A stretch of 64,000 bases of DNA, from the IMG/VR virus record IMGVR_UViG_3300025030_000042. One strand, written 5' to 3'. Both the position numbers and the translations under genes were made by a program. Below are positions 8,962 through 16,430 of the stretch, piece by piece. The number at the start of each line of letters is the position of its first letter. Position 1 is the first letter of the stretch. Under the pieces are notes generated by a model that searched no databases, was not told where the DNA came from, and worked only from the letters and a program-made list of their open reading frames with translations. The stretch comes from a virus. Taxonomy: Duplodnaviria > Caudoviricetes.

Positions 8962-10042
8962 TGTTTATCCTTGATTTTAAAACTTGAATAATATCATTTT
9001 TTATTAATTTAAAAGATTTATCAAGTTTTAAAATTTTATTTATTAATTTTTCATTTTTATTATAATAATCATCTTTATAAATTATAATTTTAATTACCAA
9101 CCACGGATTGTATGTAGTATCGGAAGTAATTTGTATATTAAACTTATCTTGTTTTTCAATAGTATAATATTTCGGTAATATTTCATCATTTATAATTTTT
9201 TCTATTTCTGAATATTCATTTTTTTTCTGTTTATCGAATTCATCTATACTTATTGAAGTACCTGTTGAAATTTCTATAATATCCTTATCAAACGTCATGT
9301 TAAAAACTGATAATTTGTCTGAAATATTTAATAAATTTGATTCTAAATCCAATTCTTCTTTTTCATAAGGATTCTCAAAAACTTCTATTATTTCTATTTT
9401 ATCTTTTCCAAAAAAAACTGCTTGAGCTGGTTCATTATCGTGAATAATACTTTCTCCATAATCAACCATTCCATCGATATTCAAATTTCTTAAAATATAT
9501 GTCCAGATTTTAGGATTTTCATTAGCAATCATTCTAGTAATATTCCAAAAATAACCATCATAGGTTTGTACTTTAGCATCTTTTTTCCATTGTTCAATAT
9601 ATTTTTCAAAATTTTTGTTTTTATCTTTGTATTTATCAAATATTGGATTTATTTTAATATTATTTAATAATTGTTCATAATATTTTTCGTTATCTTGTAT
9701 TGAAAAATGAACAACAGCATTTAGATTTTTAGATTTAAATAAAATAACATACTTTCTATCACTAGCAAACGGAAGAGATTCATTTTCATATTTATTTAAA
9801 ATATCTTCTATTAATGGATAAGAATATATTCCAATTGGTGTATTATATTTACTTTTAGGATTTATACCCAATTTATTTATGTCTGAAAACTGAATAAAAT
9901 ATTGTGCCGGTATATTAATATATTTTTTAAGAATATCAAAAATATTTGAATTTTCCTTATTCATTTTTTTATATTTGGCAAGTTCGTCAAGTTTTTGTTC
10001 ATCAACAAACCGTCGCCAGTTTTCAAAAAGTTTATTAAACAT
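8951..10042 (-). CDS. Hypothetical protein with possible ADP-ribosyltransferase-like fold; paralog of 4583..5581
   Basis: KLGINPKSKYNTPIGIYSYPL, FWNITRM, NIDGMVDYG..IHDNEPAQAVFF; N-terminus MFNKLFENWRRFVDEQKLDE; TAATG coupling to the terminase stop. Confidence 0.55.
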   Translation of the reverse strand: MFNKLFENWRRFVDEQKLDELAKYKKMNKENSNIFDILKKYINIPAQYFIQFSDINKLGINPKSKYNTPIGIYSYPLIEDILNKYENESLPFASDRKYVILFKSKNLNAVVHFSIQDNEKYYEQLLNNIKINPIFDKYKDKNKNFEKYIEQWKKDAKVQTYDGYFWNITRMIANENPKIWTYILRNLNIDGMVDYGESIIHDNEPAQAVFFGKDKIEIIEVFENPYEKEELDLESNLLNISDKLSVFNMTFDKDIIEISTGTSISIDEFDKQKKNEYSEIEKIINDEILPKYYTIEKQDKFNIQITSDTTYNPWLVIKIIIYKDDYYNKNEKLINKILKLDKSFKLIKNDIIQVLKSRINNGK

Positions 10043-12846
10043 TATCCTTTATATATTCCCATATAATATCCCTGCTGAATCATTATATCTTGTTTAGTAG
10101 GTTTATATCCTTGTTGCCCCGGGATTCTTGTATCCAATGTCGATGTGCTAACGTGAATAGCATTCATAAATGCTTTTTTATATTCCACATCTTTTAATGA
10201 TGTCGCGAATACTTGATCCTTTATATAACAACCGATCGCGCACGCCATAATAAGATCGTCGTGACTATGGCGAGCCGCAGACGGTTTTGCGTTATTCCAA
10301 ATAAATGTTTTCAGTTCTTCATACATTCTTTTTGAATATAAATGTAGACTTCGCATTCTTATCATTTCTTCAAACTTCGCAATAATCAACGGTCTTGTTT
10401 TCGTTGTTGTAGAAAACCCTGGAACAGTATTTGACATTGATTCTGCCGCATATTGTTCAATAAACTCATTGCTTCCTTTTGTTGAATAATACATATTAGG
10501 ATATTCTAAATCTTCGATCAAGCGTTGAGTAACAAAGTATCCATTACTATTGATTTCGACCGCAATCATACATTCGCCATACTCTCTACCAGTCATATTT
10601 AACTGTTCGGAAAATAGATCGGGAGTTATTTTTCCTTTGTATTCCGCCACGATTTCCATTGTCTCAACTTTAAATACGTGAAACGCAGAAAAATCTTCGC
10701 CATCTCCACGAGCAACATCGGCAGAAATGAAATATGTCAATCCTGGTTGATAATCTTCCCAAACCCAAAGATTTCGATCGATGCCGGCGGTATATAAAGG
10801 ATCTTGAATGTGTTCAAAAACCTTTTTCATATCTTCTGGTGATATGACTGTATTGCCAGACATATTGAAGTTACAATTATGAACAATAAGATTTTCACAG
10901 ATATAAGAATTATCTTTCTCCACTTCAATATTATAAACACGAACACACTCTTCGGGACTTTCACTTTCAATATCAGAAATATTTGATATTAGCCCCCACC
11001 ACTTATCGTCATAAAATTTTGTTCTACATCCTTTCTTACTTTTAACGCCACTTTTAGTACACTCGTCTATTTTTTTTCCATCCACACTATTAAGTTCTAA
11101 AATCCAATTTGTTAAATGCTTTGGATTTTTTTTCAAATCAAATGAAACTCTGGTGTATAAATCAAATAAAGTCATTAATGTTCTAATTTGATAAATTAAT
11201 TTTTCGTTTACCAATCTTAAAACATTTTTTGTTTTAGGATTATGATATCCGTCTCCGAGCCAAACTCCATCGATCATACCCCTAATAAACTCAATATTCG
11301 TTTCAAAAATATTATTTTTAATAAGTTTGTTGTATGAATATCTTCCGGAAGTAAAAAGTTTTATTATTTCTATTAAAAATTTATTAGAAATATGAATCAC
11401 TGTACAATTAGAAGTTTCTCTTTCATAAAAGACACACCTAATCTCATATTTATTACAAAAACTTTTAACAAAATTTTTAAGTTCGTGTTCGTTTGAATGA
11501 AAAGCCAACTGAATACTATTTGGAGGATTGAGAATATTCCCTTCCGCTATATATAATCCCAAAAATTTACCAAGATCATAATCAACACTAATAAATCTTT
11601 TTGTATCTCCTTTTTGTCTAAAATATCTTGCTTTTATTTCTGTTTTATCAACACAGATATCAAACTCTGATATATCTATTTCTTTTATATTATTTTTAAA
11701 CACAGAGGAATTCAATTTCGGGAATAAACCATTTATGTATTGATTTATAACATATTGACCATATTTTTGTTCTAAATCATCTAAAGAATTCCAAGAAGTT
11801 TTAATATTTTTTGTTTCTAATAATTTCGAAAATACAGATGTGACAGTCAAAGAACCATCTACTTTTTTAATTTTTTCTAACGTTAAAATCGGATGATTTG
11901 TGGTTATTGATATATCGCTTTTTCTACACATAGGTACGCTAACTTTTTTAACTTTTTTAGAATTTTCTAAACGATTCATAGTTTTAGTTACACGCTGAAA
12001 TTTTCCAGTATGCGTTAAAACTAAATCTCCAACTTTTATATCTTCAATATATTTAAATCCATCATCTGTTATAATTTTCGTTCCACCTAAAACACATAAC
12101 AATTCTTGACCTATATCTCTCGACGTCATATTTTTTGTTTCTTTTTCATACCACGCCTGATCTCGATCGGGTCTTGAATCCCAAGGAAGTTCAACTAAAT
12201 GAAAATCATTTTCTCCAGATTTTGCTTCGGTACAGACTTTGTGAAAGAAGTTCCCTGCGCCGCAAGGCGTTGAAATCACTACACATTTTCCCTTTGTGGA
12301 CGATAGAGTGGGATATAAGGCTGCCCAGAGTTCTTCCATTCGTTCAATATGCGCCGCTTCGTCAATAACCAACAACGATAATGCTTCGGAACGACCCGCA
12401 TCCGGACTTGTCGTTGAAGCCTTTACCATTGAATCGTTTGTAAGATTAAAAGCGGATCTATTATTCACATCTGCTATTTTTGCTATTTGTTTTAACCAAT
12501 AAGGCAACTTTGTATACATATCTTTAGTTTTTCTAACAAACGCAGAAGCAACATTGTATTTTGTTGCTATAATAAGAACATTCTTTCCTTTATGAAAAAG
12601 AACCAACCAAAGAACATATGCTTGAGTTATTGTAGATATACCTAACTGTCGTGCCTTAAGAACAGCAGTAAAACGATAATCCATTAAATCTTTTATTAAA
12701 TCTTTTTGATACTGGAAGGTATTAAAGGGAACTAGCCCCTTTTTTTCATCATATATCCGAACATAGTTGGCAATAAAATAGTTCGGATCTTTTCCGCATT
12801 GTAATATTTCGTCGCGTATTTGTTGAGATGATAGTGTTGGTGGCAT
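10042..12846 (-). CDS. terL: Terminase large subunit (T4 gp17-like) containing an intein
   Basis: LKARQLGIST (Walker A region), LLVIDEAAHI (Walker B), VVISTPCG, nuclease ISADVARGDGEDFS and HDDLIMACAI. Confidence 0.95.
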   Translation of the reverse strand: MPPTLSSQQIRDEILQCGKDPNYFIANYVRIYDEKKGLVPFNTFQYQKDLIKDLMDYRFTAVLKARQLGISTITQAYVLWLVLFHKGKNVLIIATKYNVASAFVRKTKDMYTKLPYWLKQIAKIADVNNRSAFNLTNDSMVKASTTSPDAGRSEALSLLVIDEAAHIERMEELWAALYPTLSSTKGKCVVISTPCGAGNFFHKVCTEAKSGENDFHLVELPWDSRPDRDQAWYEKETKNMTSRDIGQELLCVLGGTKIITDDGFKYIEDIKVGDLVLTHTGKFQRVTKTMNRLENSKKVKKVSVPMCRKSDISITTNHPILTLEKIKKVDGSLTVTSVFSKLLETKNIKTSWNSLDDLEQKYGQYVINQYINGLFPKLNSSVFKNNIKEIDISEFDICVDKTEIKARYFRQKGDTKRFISVDYDLGKFLGLYIAEGNILNPPNSIQLAFHSNEHELKNFVKSFCNKYEIRCVFYERETSNCTVIHISNKFLIEIIKLFTSGRYSYNKLIKNNIFETNIEFIRGMIDGVWLGDGYHNPKTKNVLRLVNEKLIYQIRTLMTLFDLYTRVSFDLKKNPKHLTNWILELNSVDGKKIDECTKSGVKSKKGCRTKFYDDKWWGLISNISDIESESPEECVRVYNIEVEKDNSYICENLIVHNCNFNMSGNTVISPEDMKKVFEHIQDPLYTAGIDRNLWVWEDYQPGLTYFISADVARGDGEDFSAFHVFKVETMEIVAEYKGKITPDLFSEQLNMTGREYGECMIAVEINSNGYFVTQRLIEDLEYPNMYYSTKGSNEFIEQYAAESMSNTVPGFSTTTKTRPLIIAKFEEMIRMRSLHLYSKRMYEELKTFIWNNAKPSAARHSHDDLIMACAIGCYIKDQVFATSLKDVEYKKAFMNAIHVSTSTLDTRIPGQQGYKPTKQDIMIQQGYYMGIYKG
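10876..12096 (-). mobile_element. Intein (407 aa) with LAGLIDADG endonuclease inside terL
   Basis: Begins CVLGGTKIITDDG after GQELL and ends VYNIEVEKDNSYICENLIVHN before a +1 Cys; internal LGKFLGLYIAEGN and MIDGVWLGDG blocks. Confidence 0.92.
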
Positions 12847-12852
12847 AACATT

Positions 12853-13176
12853 TTATTTAATGTTTTCTTTACTCTCCGAAAAATCCATACTGCTATCTGG
12901 ATCTGTATTCATTTCTTTTTTTGTATTATCTGTATTGTCGGACATATCCAAATCAAGATAACTTCGCAATACTTCCACATATCCTTGGCGCCATTCTTGA
13001 GATGCTTCTGAAGATTCCATATTCCACATCATATCTCTTAATGACACATTGTTTGAAAAATCATTCTTTGCTTGTTGTTTTCCTTTTTCTATATCGGGAA
13101 CAAATACCCTTTCCTTAAAGACTTTTTGAAGTTCTTCTTTAATAAGAGTCATTAATCGCTTTTTAGTTACTTTCAT
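12853..13176 (-). CDS. Hypothetical protein with an LIKEEL-type N-terminus (possible internal head protein)
   Basis: MKVTKKRLMTLIKEELQKVFKE start; ATGA overlap with the upstream gene. Confidence 0.65.
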   Translation of the reverse strand: MKVTKKRLMTLIKEELQKVFKERVFVPDIEKGKQQAKNDFSNNVSLRDMMWNMESSEASQEWRQGYVEVLRSYLDLDMSDNTDNTKKEMNTDPDSSMDFSESKENIK

Positions 13177-13736
13177 TCTTTTTGATTATCCTTTTTGGAT
13201 ATCATTACATTTCTTGGTTTGTCGCCGGTCTTTTTGGTTCCCTTTGCCCAATCCAGAAAACTCTTTTCTAATGCACCTCTTGAATCGGCGGCGTCAAGTT
13301 CATCAACATCGTCTAACCCGCCGATTTTAAACCACATTTGGGCTTCAATCCACGTTCTGGCGGAACTGGTCGACTGAACAAGCGCCTTAAAACTGTCTTT
13401 TTCTGGTTTTAGGCTTAAAGTTTTGCCGGTTTCTTTATTATATTCCGATTTAAGAAACTTGGATACTTTTAGAATCATATCCTCTATATTTGACTCAAAT
13501 GTATTTTGTGCTATTTCGGATTTTTTTACGTCTACCTGGTATTTAATAGCAAGTTTGTTTGCAGAAAAGTTGACGCTAAAACCATCAATCACGCGCGAAT
13601 CATTTAAAACGTGTCCTTCCTCTCTCCGCAAGCCTATTTTAACAGGCTTTCCTTTTTCATCCAGCGCCCCATCATGACCTTTTGTTGAAATAATCTTTGA
13701 TATTGCTTGTATAATATCAAGAGTGCTTTGTGCCAT
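13173..13736 (-). CDS. Hypothetical protein
   Basis: 187-aa ORF tightly packed in the operon. Confidence 0.7.
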   Translation of the reverse strand: MAQSTLDIIQAISKIISTKGHDGALDEKGKPVKIGLRREEGHVLNDSRVIDGFSVNFSANKLAIKYQVDVKKSEIAQNTFESNIEDMILKVSKFLKSEYNKETGKTLSLKPEKDSFKALVQSTSSARTWIEAQMWFKIGGLDDVDELDAADSRGALEKSFLDWAKGTKKTGDKPRNVMISKKDNQKE

Positions 13737-13738
13737 TT

Positions 13739-14080
13739 TTATTCATTTCCTCTTTTCCAATCGTATTTTATTAAATAACACGAACGGCAACATTTATACT
13801 TTGTGAAATACAGATCATCTTCTACTAAAAATGAATATCTTTCACAAATAGGACAAGTCCTATCATCTTCTGTTGTAAATAGTTTATCATCAACCAAAAC
13901 TTCCTTTGATTTTCGTTGGTTTTCTTTGATACTAATCTGTTTTATCTGCTCTATATAATCTTTTTCTTTATTATCGTCCCAGTTACTTAACGGATGTTGA
14001 GTCGCCTCTTTTCCGTATTTTTCTTCTATTGCCTTTTCAAGTTTTATGAGATAGTTAGGGTCTTTTTCTTGTTTTTTCAT
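13739..14080 (-). CDS. Hypothetical Zn-binding protein
   Basis: Likely start MKKQEKDPNY at 14080 (ATGA overlap with the upstream stop); CPIC...CCRSC motif. Confidence 0.6.
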   Translation of the reverse strand: MKKQEKDPNYLIKLEKAIEEKYGKEATQHPLSNWDDNKEKDYIEQIKQISIKENQRKSKEVLVDDKLFTTEDDRTCPICERYSFLVEDDLYFTKYKCCRSCYLIKYDWKRGNE

Positions 14081-14511
14081 TTTATTCTTGATACCGCAAA
14101 AAATGTTCCCAGTGACAATAGGATGCCTCCAGCAACTCCCAGAGACATCCACAAAATACTGTTACTATTGGGGTTTTTTGAAGCAATCTCTCTCAATCTA
14201 TTTATCTCGTCATTTTTAATCTTTGTAATCTCTTCAAGTTTTCTCTGGGATATAGATAGATCTATTTTTGTTTTGCCGTTTTCAAGTTCGCATTCGGATT
14301 TCTGTCGCATTGTCAAATAATCTATTTCCAGTTTACATTTCTTTTCTTGATTGTTTTTGTCGGTGATTATTGAAGCTACTGCTTCGTCATCCATTAAACT
14401 TCCATCAAATATTGCCATTTCACCTTTCTTTATTCTTACCACTCTTCCTTCAGCAAACACGGACACTGGAAATATAAATATCAGTAATGTCGCAATAACT
14501 TTATTAAACAC
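14077..14511 (-). CDS. Secreted, membrane-anchored coiled-coil protein (spanin-like partner)
   Basis: Signal peptide MFNKVIATLLIFIFPVSVFA-EG with no lipobox Cys, a coiled coil, and a C-terminal hydrophobic ILWMSLGVAGGILLSLGTFFAV. Confidence 0.5.
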   Translation of the reverse strand: MFNKVIATLLIFIFPVSVFAEGRVVRIKKGEMAIFDGSLMDDEAVASIITDKNNQEKKCKLEIDYLTMRQKSECELENGKTKIDLSISQRKLEEITKIKNDEINRLREIASKNPNSNSILWMSLGVAGGILLSLGTFFAVSRIK

Positions 14512-14524
14512 TTAAAACTCCTAT

Positions 14525-14890
14525 CTATCCCCATTCTAATCCAAATTCTTTCGCTAAGATTTTCGTCAGTTCCTCGGGGTTGTTTTTATATTCATATAAC
14601 AATAACTTTATATCATTTTTCTTATCATTGTCAAGTTTTGTTTTATCGTTTTGATACTTTTTTTCAAGTTCCTGAATGACCACTTTATATGTCTCTTCAA
14701 GTTTTTTCTTTTCTTGTTCCCCTTGCTGATTTAACTTATCAATGACTTCCTTTTCTTTTTTATAACTTTCGATCGCCTTTTTTAATATTTCCATCGCCGG
14801 ATTATTTCCAGATCTATACAAAATCGCTAATAACACGATTAGCACCAGAATAATCGGAACATACCAAAACTTCTTTATTATCAACCACAT
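14525..14890 (-). CDS. Putative i-spanin (Rz-like)
   Basis: N-terminal TM WYVPIILVLIVLLAILY followed by a long Lys/Glu coiled coil; directly after the holin. Confidence 0.55.
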   Translation of the reverse strand: MWLIIKKFWYVPIILVLIVLLAILYRSGNNPAMEILKKAIESYKKEKEVIDKLNQQGEQEKKKLEETYKVVIQELEKKYQNDKTKLDNDKKNDIKLLLYEYKNNPEELTKILAKEFGLEWG

Positions 14891-14894
14891 TATT

Positions 14895-15143
14895 TTATTC
14901 CCCCTCTGGATTTGGTTCTTTTGAAGGTTCTTCTTGTTTTAAGGAGGATTTCTTTTGGTAAACATTCGTTCCTAAATAAAAACTTGTAATGATCGAAATC
15001 AGTGTTACGAATGAACCATCTGTAAGAATAGTCTTGCTGAAAATAATCGGTGGGATAACCAAGGCTAACCAAGAAAGAACAATAACAAAAAGCGATAACC
15101 TTAACTTTCTATTTCTACTCCAATCTAAGATGATTTTAAACAT
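14895..15143 (-). CDS. Putative holin
   Basis: 82 aa, basic N-terminus, two TM segments (LSLFVIVLSWLALVIPPII; FVTLISIITSFYLG), charged C-terminal tail. Confidence 0.65.
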   Translation of the reverse strand: MFKIILDWSRNRKLRLSLFVIVLSWLALVIPPIIFSKTILTDGSFVTLISIITSFYLGTNVYQKKSSLKQEEPSKEPNPEGE

Positions 15144-15179
15144 AAAAACCCTCCAATGACAGTAAATAGTATTGGAGGG
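15144..15179 (-). terminator. Hairpin plus U-tract that sequesters the holin SD and carries the late promoter in its loop
   Basis: Coding strand CCCTCCAAT-actatttactgtc-ATTGGAGGG-TTTTT-ATG: perfect 9-bp stem (15149-15157 / 15171-15179), with GGAGG in the 3' arm. Confidence 0.75.
15163..15170 (-). promoter_or_regulatory. Putative late promoter ACTATTTA in the hairpin loop
   Basis: Exact motif; the 6th downstream base (A, 15157) is the first base of the 3' arm. Confidence 0.7.
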
Positions 15180-15218
15180 CCAGATTAAACTTTATTAACC
15201 TTTCAGATATTATGTGCT

Positions 15219-16415
15219 TTATTCCATTACGCTCCATCCTCGATAATCGTGAACCGCTTGACCTAAAAACACAGAGTTTGAACCAGTTCTAAAATTGCTT
15301 GCTATACTTGCGTGCTGAGTTGCCATAGCAGATTTTGTAGAGCCATAATAAGTTATATTTGCTGGCGCAACATCTAAAGTTTCTGAAGCAGCAAATAGTT
15401 GTTTATTAGATCCGCTCGCATAATCATACCACGCTTGAAATTGGGATATTTGCGTTGCCGAATCATCGGCATATGTCGCAACAACAACAAAATCAGATAC
15501 ATCGATTAAATGTGCTCCATCTTGTTTGCTATTACCATTATATGTTATAGAGTTTCTTGTTTCAGTATTATCTTTCAAACTTCTAGCAGCAAAACAACTT
15601 ACTTTAAATCCCGGACCACAAACTCTTCGAGTTGCATTGATTAAATCGCACAAACCTGGCAAATGACTTCCAGATGGGGTTGTTTCATCATTTACCCAAT
15701 ATTCAACATCGAAATGAAGACCATCGAATCGTTCACTTATATATCTCGCTTGAGCATTAAAATCAGCGAGAGGACGAATAACATTTGTCATAACCCAATG
15801 TTGATTTCTTCCCCAATCGACATCTCCAGCCATTGCGTGAACTTGAATACCTGAACGATGAGCAACATCAACAAACTGTCTTATAGTTTCAGCATTATTG
15901 TTATTCCAATTATCTCCACCGAGATAACTATAAATGTCCAAAAATATTAAATTTACATAGTTATTTCTACAAAAATTAAGAAGCGTTTGACGCTTGGATA
16001 ATGTTTCCATAGGATCATTAGGAGTAGAATACAACCAAACATACATTCCCCTATATACAGTACTATCTGGCGGAACTGGCTTATTCGATAGTCTTTCTAA
16101 TGGCGTATGTATTTCAAATGATCCAGAAACTATATGAGATCCGGAAATAAATATTGAACCGGTTATCTGATGTTGATCGGAATCAGAAGATCCTAATTGA
16201 GCAGCATTTGTAGAATATAAATTTATTACTTGCGCTGACCCAGAAACAGATAATATCTTTGAAACAGTTACATTTCCAGAAGATTCGAGAGATGAAACTT
16301 GAGTAGAACCAGTAACCGAAAGTGTATTTCTTATAGTTACAGTTCCGGAAAAAGTTGGTCCCGTGCTACTTTGAATATTTTGTTTTGCGTTAAAATTCCT
16401 TATTTTATTTATCAT
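15219..16415 (-). CDS. Tail-fibre-like N-terminus fused to a putative TIM-barrel glycoside hydrolase
   Basis: N-terminal TLSVTGS / ITGSIFISGS repeats; C-terminal RGMYVWLY...GIQVHAMAGD...FDGLHFDVEYW pattern typical of (beta/alpha)8 glycosidases. Confidence 0.6.
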   Translation of the reverse strand: MINKIRNFNAKQNIQSSTGPTFSGTVTIRNTLSVTGSTQVSSLESSGNVTVSKILSVSGSAQVINLYSTNAAQLGSSDSDQHQITGSIFISGSHIVSGSFEIHTPLERLSNKPVPPDSTVYRGMYVWLYSTPNDPMETLSKRQTLLNFCRNNYVNLIFLDIYSYLGGDNWNNNNAETIRQFVDVAHRSGIQVHAMAGDVDWGRNQHWVMTNVIRPLADFNAQARYISERFDGLHFDVEYWVNDETTPSGSHLPGLCDLINATRRVCGPGFKVSCFAARSLKDNTETRNSITYNGNSKQDGAHLIDVSDFVVVATYADDSATQISQFQAWYDYASGSNKQLFAASETLDVAPANITYYGSTKSAMATQHASIASNFRTGSNSVFLGQAVHDYRGWSVME

Positions 16416-16420
16416 ACAAA

Positions 16421-16428
16421 TAAATAGT
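16421..16428 (-). promoter_or_regulatory. Putative late promoter ACTATTTA (leaderless ATG)
   Basis: ACTATTTA-TTTGT-ATG: the 6th base is the A of the start codon; no SD. Confidence 0.65.
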
Positions 16429-16430
16429 AT

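Noticed and set aside
14890-15072. 60-aa alternative-frame ORF overlapping the holin, whose stop couples to the next ATG
   Set aside because: No motif or RBS. The next gene has its own SD (GAGGGGG), so the coupling is probably coincidental.
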